A stretch of DNA of 64,000 nucleotides from positions 694,140-758,139 of the forward strand of contig OZ241919.1 in NCBI GenBank assembly GCA_965203835.1. Direction: 5' to 3'. The position numbers and the translations under genes are program-made. This document shows, piece after piece, positions 57,113 through 64,000 of this stretch. The first letter of the stretch is position 1. The number at the start of each line of letters is the position of its first letter. Origin of the DNA: Dehalococcoidia bacterium. Lineage in GTDB: Bacteria; Chloroflexota; Dehalococcoidia; Lucifugimonadales; UBA3495. The notes under the pieces are model-generated. The model was not told the DNA's origin, did not search any database, and saw nothing but the letters and a program-made list of their open reading frames with translations.

Positions 57113-59941
57113 TCAGGCGTCACTTTTCGCAACCTTGGCGCGGCGGATGTCCAAGCCCGGGACTTTGAATGCCGCATCGGGGTCCTCGCTGGCTTGAAGT
57201 TCCACCGCAAGTTGTCCAAAGATGGAGGTAAACGATATTACGCTCGGCGGGACCGACTCCGTCAATCGCGCCGCGCCTTTGAACAGACCGTCTCCGGCCT
57301 GTACTTCCACGGGGTCCCCCTCGTCAATCGACCATGCCGCGGCGTCGGCGGGGTTGAACTCCACCAACTCCTGCCGCTCTATGCTGTTCCTCTTTCCCTT
57401 GACAATCTGCATTTCCCTGTCGCTCTGCAACAATACGCGGCCCGGCACCAGCCACGCCGTGAAATCTTCGTCGGCATCGCTCGGAGCAATCCGGAACTCG
57501 GGAGTGGCGGGATCGGCTTTGCTGGACTGGAAGCCGCCAACGTACAGGGTATCCTGGCTGGGAGACTCCGCATCCGCACAGGGCCACTGAATGCCCCGGT
57601 ACTCTTTCGTGGCTTGAAGCACCTGCGTAGGCTGGGGGCTTTCCAAGCTGGTGCGCAACACCAACCGGCTCTCGTCCTCCAGCCGACGGTAGGACACGCC
57701 GCCGTAAATGGGGCAGAGTCGGGCAATCTCGTCCATGACCTGGTCCGGCGAGAAGTAATCGAACCCCGATGCACCCATGCGCCGTGCCAGCTCGCAGAAG
57801 AGCCAGCTCTCGGGGCGCCCGTCGTTGTTTCTGACGTTGATGGAAGCGCGAAGTCTCTGGATGCGCCTCTCCAGGTTGGTAAAGGTGCCGTCCTTCTCCG
57901 CAAACGTAACCCTGGGCAGGACAACGTCCGCCGCCTCCGACGCCGGCCCCATGAAAGTGTCATGCACTACAAGGAATTCCAACTGCTCCAAGGCATGGAC
58001 GGCGTCGCCCAGCTTTCCGTTGGTGAAGTTAACGCTATCGCCAATGACCATTGCCGCTTTCACGCCGCCGGTCCCGCAGGCTTCCACGATCTGCCGAAGT
58101 CCCAGTCCGGGGCTGGAAGGTAAAGAGCATCCCCACGCCTGTTCCAACACTTCCCTGGCTTGGTCGTCGGTCACTGGCGCGTAACCGGGAAGCCGGTCCG
58201 GCAGGCAACCCACGTCCCACGCCCCCTGCTCGTTGGCTCCTTGTCGCATCGGGTAAAGGCCGGAGCCCGGCGCGCCCAAGTTGCCGGTCAACAACGACAA
58301 GTCTACCAACGCCCGCACACAGTCCCGTTGCAGGTCGGCGTCCACATTGTCCAGCGCGTATACTATGGCTCCCAACTCGGCTTGACCGTAAAGCCGGGCC
58401 GCTTCGTCAATAGCATCCTGGGACACTCGTGTCGCTTGGCAGACCTGCTCCGTGTCCAGGTTGTGCAGGGTGTAGCGCAGCGTGGCGGGGCTTTCGCAGT
58501 TTTCCTCCAGCCACTCGGCCTTTTCCAACCCTTGGTCCAAGACCGACCTCAACAAGCCGCCCAGCAAGAGCAGTTCGGTACCGGGCACGGGCCGGAGCCA
58601 GATGTCGGCGTAGCGGGTCAACTCCACTTCCCGGGGATCGATGACCACCAGCTTGGTGTCCTTTCTGGCTGCCCGCTTGATGGGCACTCCTACGACGTTG
58701 TGTTCTTCGGTGACGTTGGAGTTGAACACCAGGATGCAACCGGACTTCTCCAGGTCCCAGATGGAGTTAGTGGCGGCGGCGTAACCCAAGGAACTTTCCA
58801 GCGCCCGCACCAACTCCGGCTGGGTGTTGGAGGTCTGGTCGATGTTATTGGTGTTCATCACCGTGCGGGCAAATTTCTGCCCAAGGTAGTGCTCTTCGTT
58901 GGTGCTTTGAGGAGACGTGAGAAGCGCGAAAGAATCGCCGACGTAGGCCGACAGCTTGCTGGCGATGTGGTCCAACGCCTCTTCCCAAGTCGCTTCTTCC
59001 AAGGTCCCGTCCCTGCGAATCAGGGGCATTCTAATCCGGCCCCTGTTGTTGATGAACTCCAATCCGAACTTCCCTTTGAAGCAGGCTTGGCCGCGGTTGG
59101 CCGGGGAATTGACGTCGGGCACCGCCCGCACCAGCCGGTCAGCCGAGTTGATTTCCAGATTGAGTTGGCACCCGACGGGGCAATGGGGGCAAATGGTGTT
59201 TTCCACCCGCGCCGCCTTCTCCCACTTGTGCTCCCGCTCCACCAAGGCGCCCACCGGGCAAACGTCGATGCAAGCGCCGCAGAATTCACAGCCGGACTCC
59301 AAAAGGGACGTTCCAAAGGATGTACCAACCAGCGCCGAGCCGCCGCGCTCCGTGAAGCAGATGGCGTCGTCGCCCCTCAATTCCTCGCAGGCCCGCACGC
59401 ACCGGCCGCAAACGATGCACAGGTTGTAGTCCCGGTCGTAGAAGGGGTCGGACACTTCCAGCGGGATCTGGCGGTACTTGTACTGTAATGGGGACTCAAG
59501 GTCCATCCCAAGGTAGCGGACGGTGTCTTTCAGTTCGCACCGTTCGTTTTTAGGACAGGTGACGCACCGGTCCTTCACCGAAACGTGCCGCAGGCAAACG
59601 TCGTTGGGCCCGCAGATGTCGACCCGGTGGCAGGTGAGGCAGCCGTCGGGATGTTCGGCGATGAGCATTTGCATTACGGAGCGGCGCAACTCGATCACGT
59701 CCGGGGTCTCACTCCGGACTTTCATCTCGTTCTGGACGGGAAGGACGCAGGCTGCCGGATAGCCGCGGCCTCCCTCCACGCCCACCACGCACATCCGGCA
59801 GGCGGCGAAAGGCTTCATTCCCGGGTGGTAGCAAAGGTATGGAATGTACACCCCGGCCTCTATGGCGGCTTCCAACACCATTTTTCCGGGCTGGGTTGTG
59901 ATCTCCACCCCGTCTATCGAGATGGTAATGTCATCGGCCAT
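57113..59941 (-). CDS. NuoG/FdhA-like Fe-S and molybdopterin-oxidoreductase-fold subunit
   Basis: IPYLC, ACRMCVV, CIVCGRC, CEFCGACIDVCP, CPHCPVGC, CFKG, EKDGTFTN.ERR; GGAG RBS before ATG 59941. Confidence 0.9.
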   Translation of the reverse strand: MADDITISIDGVEITTQPGKMVLEAAIEAGVYIPYLCYHPGMKPFAACRMCVVGVEGGRGYPAACVLPVQNEMKVRSETPDVIELRRSVMQMLIAEHPDGCLTCHRVDICGPNDVCLRHVSVKDRCVTCPKNERCELKDTVRYLGMDLESPLQYKYRQIPLEVSDPFYDRDYNLCIVCGRCVRACEELRGDDAICFTERGGSALVGTSFGTSLLESGCEFCGACIDVCPVGALVEREHKWEKAARVENTICPHCPVGCQLNLEINSADRLVRAVPDVNSPANRGQACFKGKFGLEFINNRGRIRMPLIRRDGTLEEATWEEALDHIASKLSAYVGDSFALLTSPQSTNEEHYLGQKFARTVMNTNNIDQTSNTQPELVRALESSLGYAAATNSIWDLEKSGCILVFNSNVTEEHNVVGVPIKRAARKDTKLVVIDPREVELTRYADIWLRPVPGTELLLLGGLLRSVLDQGLEKAEWLEENCESPATLRYTLHNLDTEQVCQATRVSQDAIDEAARLYGQAELGAIVYALDNVDADLQRDCVRALVDLSLLTGNLGAPGSGLYPMRQGANEQGAWDVGCLPDRLPGYAPVTDDQAREVLEQAWGCSLPSSPGLGLRQIVEACGTGGVKAAMVIGDSVNFTNGKLGDAVHALEQLEFLVVHDTFMGPASEAADVVLPRVTFAEKDGTFTNLERRIQRLRASINVRNNDGRPESWLFCELARRMGASGFDYFSPDQVMDEIARLCPIYGGVSYRRLEDESRLVLRTSLESPQPTQVLQATKEYRGIQWPCADAESPSQDTLYVGGFQSSKADPATPEFRIAPSDADEDFTAWLVPGRVLLQSDREMQIVKGKRNSIERQELVEFNPADAAAWSIDEGDPVEVQAGDGLFKGAARLTESVPPSVISFTSIFGQLAVELQASEDPDAAFKVPGLDIRRAKVAKSDA

Positions 59942-59969
59942 ACTGACTGCTCCACCGGTTGTTCCAAAT

Positions 59970-59996
59970 GGATTCCCGCCTTCGCGGGAATGACGG
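59970..59996. repeat. REP-like element, family A (plus degenerate copy at about 60032-60058)
   Basis: GGATTCCCGCCTTCGCGGGAATGACGG between the nuoF-like and nuoG-like genes. Confidence 0.85.
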
Positions 59997-60062
59997 CGCC
60001 GCCGCAAACCGGCCCAAGCCGGAGGTCGGCCGCATCCCCGCCTGCAAGGGAATTGCGGCGGG

Positions 60063-61778
60063 TTATCTGCGGGTGAGGGCCGGCGAGAACCGGGGCCTCA
60101 AGCAGGTCCCGGTGTCGCACCTCTTGTCTACTATATGGGCCTCGAATTCCGGACCGAAATACCGCAGCGCAGAGGACACGGGGTTGAATCCCAACTGGCC
60201 GTGACCGCAAAGAGACCCGGCCTGCATGTGCTCTCCCACGCGGCGCATCAACGCCAAGTCATCCGGCCCGCCCTCCAGCCGGCATATTCTCTCCAGCACT
60301 TCCAGCAAATGGCTCATCCCCATGCGGCATGGGAAGCACTTGCCGCAGGACTCGTACTGGCAGAAGGCGATCAAGGACCGGGTGAGGTCGACGACACAGG
60401 TGTCCTCATCGGCGGCGATGATGCCGCCCGACCCCAGGATAGCCCCGGCGCTGCGCAGTATCTCGAAGTCCAGCACCACGTCCACGTTGTCCGCCCCAAG
60501 CACGCCGCCCAACGGCCCGCCGGACTGGACCAACTTGAGAGCCTTGCCCCCCGGCGGTCCGCCCGCGGCTTTGTACAAGACGTCCTTGAGATTGATCCCC
60601 AAGGCCACTTCCATCATGCCCGTGTATTGCAGGTCCCCGGTGAGGCAGAGAATCACCGTCCCCTTGCTCTGTTCGTGGCCTATCCCCGCAAACCACTCGC
60701 CGCCCTTGGAGATAATTTCCGGCACGTAGGACAGGGTCTTGACGTTGTTTATGTTGCTGGGCTTGCCGAACAGTCCGACTTGGGCCGGGAAAGGAGGGCG
60801 AAAGCGAGGCATGGCCCGCTTGCCCTCTATGGCCTCCATCAATGCGCTTTCTTCTCCAGCCACATAGGAGTCGCCGGTGAGAGCAACTTCCAGATTGAAA
60901 CTGAAGTCCGACCCCAGTATGTTGGAGCCAACGAACCCAAGTTCCTGGGCTTGGGCGACCGCGACGCGGATTTTATCGATAGGTCCGTCGTGCCCGTGCC
61001 TAACGAAAATATAGCCGTCGTGAGAGCCGGTCGCGTAACCGGCCAGCACCATGCCTTCGACCAGAGTGTGGGGGTCGCTTTCCAGGATGGCCTTGTCGTT
61101 GAAGGCGCCGGGGTCGCCCTCCTCGCAGTTGCACAGGATATACTTCTGGGGCGCGTTGGACCCTGCCAGGAACCTCCACTTGGTGCCCGTGGGGAAGGCT
61201 GCCCCGCCGCGCCCTCGGAGACCGGACACGTTCACCTGTTCCAACGTTTCCGCGGGAGTCATTTCAGTCAACGCCTGGTTCAGAGCGTGGTAGCCGCCGT
61301 TGGCTATGTACTGGTAAATGTCTCCAGGGTCTATGCTCCCGGCGTTGCGAAGGGCAATGCGAGTCTCGACCACCCGCATCGGGTGCTGGTCCAAGTCGGG
61401 TATTTGCCCGCCCGCTCCATCCCCTTCGCCCAAGTATCCCAAAGCTAAGTGTGCGACAGGCGAGCCGCCGCCAACATGGCCGGTAACTATTTCGGCGGCA
61501 GTCTCCGGGGTAACGTTGCCGTATACCACCCGTGGGCCGCCCGGCAGCTTGACGTCGACCAAGGGTTCGGCAAAGCAAAGACCCAAGCAGCCTACTTCAC
61601 TGACGTGGGCCGACAGACCGTTCTCTTCCAAGGCCTGCTTTATCGCGACGATAACCTCGTAAGACCCGGCGGCTTGGCCGCATAATGCCGTGCCCACCCT
61701 GATCCAAGCCTGATCACCCGTGGTCAAGTTTTCCCAACGCCGCTTGCTTTCGGCAGCTATTTCCGCGAACTCAGCCAT
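60063..61778 (-). CDS. NuoF/HydB-like FMN/NAD(P)H-binding subunit with N-terminal thioredoxin-like Fe-S domain
   Basis: GCLGLCFAEP, SGLRGRGGAAFPTG.KW, NCEEGDPG, GEESAL..AIEG, NNVKT, ESCGKCFPCR.G, SLCG.G. Confidence 0.92.
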   Translation of the reverse strand: MAEFAEIAAESKRRWENLTTGDQAWIRVGTALCGQAAGSYEVIVAIKQALEENGLSAHVSEVGCLGLCFAEPLVDVKLPGGPRVVYGNVTPETAAEIVTGHVGGGSPVAHLALGYLGEGDGAGGQIPDLDQHPMRVVETRIALRNAGSIDPGDIYQYIANGGYHALNQALTEMTPAETLEQVNVSGLRGRGGAAFPTGTKWRFLAGSNAPQKYILCNCEEGDPGAFNDKAILESDPHTLVEGMVLAGYATGSHDGYIFVRHGHDGPIDKIRVAVAQAQELGFVGSNILGSDFSFNLEVALTGDSYVAGEESALMEAIEGKRAMPRFRPPFPAQVGLFGKPSNINNVKTLSYVPEIISKGGEWFAGIGHEQSKGTVILCLTGDLQYTGMMEVALGINLKDVLYKAAGGPPGGKALKLVQSGGPLGGVLGADNVDVVLDFEILRSAGAILGSGGIIAADEDTCVVDLTRSLIAFCQYESCGKCFPCRMGMSHLLEVLERICRLEGGPDDLALMRRVGEHMQAGSLCGHGQLGFNPVSSALRYFGPEFEAHIVDKRCDTGTCLRPRFSPALTRR

Positions 61779-61821
61779 ACTCAACGATAGTCACGCACCC
61801 CGCCCAAACGACCTCCGTTGG

Positions 61822-62283
61822 CTAGGGCAGCAACTCTCTTATCTTGTTCCTGACCATCCGCACCGTGGCCCGTCCCACCAAGTGATGGTCTATAGCCATC
61901 ACCGGGGCTTGGGAGCAGGCCCCCAGGCAGGTATTGAAACGCAGGGAAAGGCGTCCGTCCGGCGTATCGCCTTCATCGGTCAAGCCGCAGGAGTCCAGCG
62001 CTGCCTCGATCACCGGCATCGCGCCAACCAAGTGACAAGAGGCGCCCCAACAGACCTCTACCTGGTGCAGGCAGGGCGGCGTAAAACGGAAGTTGGGGTA
62101 AAAGGATGCAACCGCCCAGACGTCGTTCACCGTCGAATCGGTGAACGCAGCCACCTCTTCCACACCTTCCTTGGGGATGTAGCCCAACTCGTCCTGCAGG
62201 GCAAGCAGGGAAGAAAGGACGGTGACGGTGGACTGGGGCTGGCGGCGCACTGCTTCAGCCATACGCTGTTTCAGCCCATCCAT
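61822..62283 (-). CDS. NuoE/HydC-like [2Fe-2S] subunit
   Basis: LQDELGYIP, VASFY, VCWGASCH..GA, CLGACS.AP; AAGGAG RBS. Confidence 0.9.
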   Translation of the reverse strand: MDGLKQRMAEAVRRQPQSTVTVLSSLLALQDELGYIPKEGVEEVAAFTDSTVNDVWAVASFYPNFRFTPPCLHQVEVCWGASCHLVGAMPVIEAALDSCGLTDEGDTPDGRLSLRFNTCLGACSQAPVMAIDHHLVGRATVRMVRNKIRELLP

Positions 62284-62324
62284 TAGCCGGGCTCCTTGGG
62301 GAGGCTGACCCATGCCTTGAAACT

Positions 62325-62380
62325 TCGTGAATTCAGTAACAATCCGCGAATATGGTAACACAGGGCATAATGCCCTTCAA
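62325..62380 (-). promoter_or_regulatory. Putative promoter with palindromic operator and Rex-like box for the nuoEFG-like operon
   Basis: TTGAAG-17 nt-TACCAT (62380-62352); palindrome AGGGCAT-a-ATGCCCT (62362-62376); TCGTGAA-ttca-GTAACAA (62325-62342). Confidence 0.45.
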
Positions 62381-62485
62381 CCAAAGCTAGATGCGTGTAA
62401 GCGGAGAAAACCGGATGAAAAGAACAGGGGGCAGGCTCTCCAACCTGCCCCAAATTATCAACCAAACGACTCTGGGATGCGAAAT

Positions 62486-63523
62486 TTACAACCGGCCGCC
62501 CTGGAACACCGGCACCTGCTTGCGGAAAATCTGGATGCGTGAGCGGGCCGACTCGACTACGAACACCCTGCCCTCGTCGTCGGTCTCCACCGCTATCGGA
62601 CCCCAGAAGTCCTTCTCACGTTCCAGTCCCTGGGCAATGTCCCGCTCGTCCCACATCTCCGGGTTGGCGTCCAGCTTGTCTTTGCCCCACTTGGAGATGG
62701 TGCCTTGGCCAGTGAGCTTGGCGATGAATTCGCCCTCCGGTGAGAACACCTGGAGCCGGTCGTTGCCCCAGTCGGCAACGTAAATCACTCCGCTCCTATC
62801 GACGGCCACCCCCGTGGGGCGGTTCAACTGGCCGTCGCCAGAGCCTGAAGAGCCGAACTTCATCAGAAACCGTCCATCGGGCGCGAACTTCTGGATTCGG
62901 TCGTTGCGCCAGTCGGCGACGTAAATGTCTCCCAAGCTGTCGATGTCAATTCCCCAAGGGAGGTCGAACTGGCCGTCGCCGTCGCCCTTGGAACCCCACT
63001 GGGCGATGTAAGCGCCGTCCTTGGTGAACTTCTGGATGCGGTTGTTGCCGCTATCCACCATGTAAAGGTTGTCTTGCCGGTCGAAGGCCATCCCGGACGG
63101 GCGGTCGATCTCGCCGTCCCCCGTACCCGGGGCGCCCCACTTTCCGGTGTATTCGCCGTCGCCGGTGAATATGGAGATGCGGTTGAGCCACTCGTCGGCG
63201 ACGTACACGTTGCCTTGGCTGTCCAGGGCAAGGGAGGTCGGCCAGATCAATGAGCCGTCGGCGGCGGATGGTTCCGACTCGCCCGCAGTGGTGACGCCGC
63301 GGGCGAACTCGCCGATGTAGTCTTCATCCACGGTGCACAGGGTGATGCGCTTGCCGTCGGGACGGTACTCGTAGGAGCGGCTCACCACGTACATGGTGTC
63401 GTCTTTGCCGCGGGCCATGGCGACAGGGTTGCGGAAGCCGGGGCCGGAGAACTCGGCCCGCCCGATGGTATGGCTGTACTGGAACTCCAGCGGTTGTATT
63501 TGGGTGGTCATGTTCATTTTCAC
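62486..63523 (-). CDS. NHL-repeat six-bladed beta-propeller protein (paralog of 7608..8636)
   Basis: Repeated G.GDGQF..P.G...D..G..YVADW.N.RIQ.F; shares SKW...L..N.E...R..A..LE..FW.P insertion with the paralog. Confidence 0.9.
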   Translation of the reverse strand: MKMNMTTQIQPLEFQYSHTIGRAEFSGPGFRNPVAMARGKDDTMYVVSRSYEYRPDGKRITLCTVDEDYIGEFARGVTTAGESEPSAADGSLIWPTSLALDSQGNVYVADEWLNRISIFTGDGEYTGKWGAPGTGDGEIDRPSGMAFDRQDNLYMVDSGNNRIQKFTKDGAYIAQWGSKGDGDGQFDLPWGIDIDSLGDIYVADWRNDRIQKFAPDGRFLMKFGSSGSGDGQLNRPTGVAVDRSGVIYVADWGNDRLQVFSPEGEFIAKLTGQGTISKWGKDKLDANPEMWDERDIAQGLEREKDFWGPIAVETDDEGRVFVVESARSRIQIFRKQVPVFQGGRL

Positions 63524-63565
63524 CTAAGCCGGATTTAGCAGGGAAATGGGCCTTTTGACTGGAGT

Positions 63566-64000
63566 TTAGAGGAAAGCCATCTGTTCGAAAGATCCTCCCA
63601 CAATGGCATTGGGGTCCAAGCCCATCCACTTGTCTACCAAGGTGGAGTAGAGGCTGCGGAAATCGTTGTTGTAGTGAAGGTCGCCCTCCAGCAGCTTGTC
63701 GGGGGCAAGAGACGGGTATTCTCCGTACAGGCCGCCCTTTACCGCGTCCCCTACTACGAAGGCAACGCCGCCGGAGCCGTGGTCGGTGCCTGAGCCGTTG
63801 TCATGCACTCTCCGTCCAAACTCGGTGAACACCAGCAGCGTCACGTTATCGCTGGCGCCATGCTCGCTCAGGTCTGCGTAGAAGTCGGCAATGGCGTTGG
63901 AGGTCTCGGTCCACAGCTTGGCGTGGGCCACCATCTCCCCGGCATGGGTATCGAAGCTGTTGTACGGCGCGGTGGTGTAGAGAACACGGCAGCCGAAGCC
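63566..64000 (-). CDS. DUF1501 family protein, 5'-truncated by window edge (paralog of 8651..9784)
   Basis: FDTHAGEMVAHAKLW, TEFGRRVHDNGSGTDHG, GGLYGEYPSL, NDFRSLYST. Confidence 0.9.
   Translation of the reverse strand, partial: GFGCRVLYTTAPYNSFDTHAGEMVAHAKLWTETSNAIADFYADLSEHGASDNVTLLVFTEFGRRVHDNGSGTDHGSGGVAFVVGDAVKGGLYGEYPSLAPDKLLEGDLHYNNDFRSLYSTLVDKWMGLDPNAIVGGSFEQMAFL

Noticed and set aside
56357-58123. Long opposite-strand ORFs (e.g. 588 aa here; also 36627..38273, 53097..54539, 23912..25321, 58160..59488)
   Set aside because: Antisense shadows of well-supported genes in high-GC DNA, with no recognisable motifs.
57113-59941. Calling this gene fdhF/fdhA or nuoG
   Set aside because: The Mo ligand motif is missing and no membrane nuo genes are adjacent, so no symbol was assigned.
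59942-60007. N-terminal extension MRRRRHSREGGNP.. of the NuoG-like ORF
   Set aside because: Translation of the intergenic REP; the RBS and homology support ATG 59941.

Overview
GC-rich bacterial window. The gene content (three luciferase-like flavin monooxygenases, enolase-superfamily, CaiB/BaiF, MmgE/PrpD and TPP enzymes, NHL propellers) resembles Chloroflexota of the SAR202/Dehalococcoidia type; this taxonomic call is an inference. Housekeeping genes: leuC, leuD, metH, fhs, mutS, mutL, an M1 aminopeptidase, and a NuoE/NuoF/NuoG(FdhA)-like plus ferredoxin-NADP reductase operon. Small, more AT-rich TA/defence-like cassettes are interspersed: two ABC-ATPase+effector pairs, HigBA, HicBA, MNT/HEPN, PaREP1-like, Uma2. 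Main signals the ORF track misses or does not explain: (1) two likely selenoprotein genes split by in-frame UGA (UGSC-type UxxC at 15108; ArsC/Spx-type UxxC at 52794), each followed by a SECIS-like hairpin with a GUU loop; (2) a palindromic REP-like family with compensatory changes, inserted in frame into mutS and expanded there into 21-bp tandem repeats; (3) a duplicated, apparently cytoplasmic DUF1800/NHL/DUF1501 module; (4) an FDH-like subunit lacking the Cys/Sec-His Mo ligand; (5) a tandem pair of DSD1-type PLP enzymes, one lacking the PLP lysine; (6) several small unannotated ORFs and pseudogenes. I saw no rRNA, tRNA, CRISPR array or transposase. All calls come from reading motifs by eye; no database searches were run.
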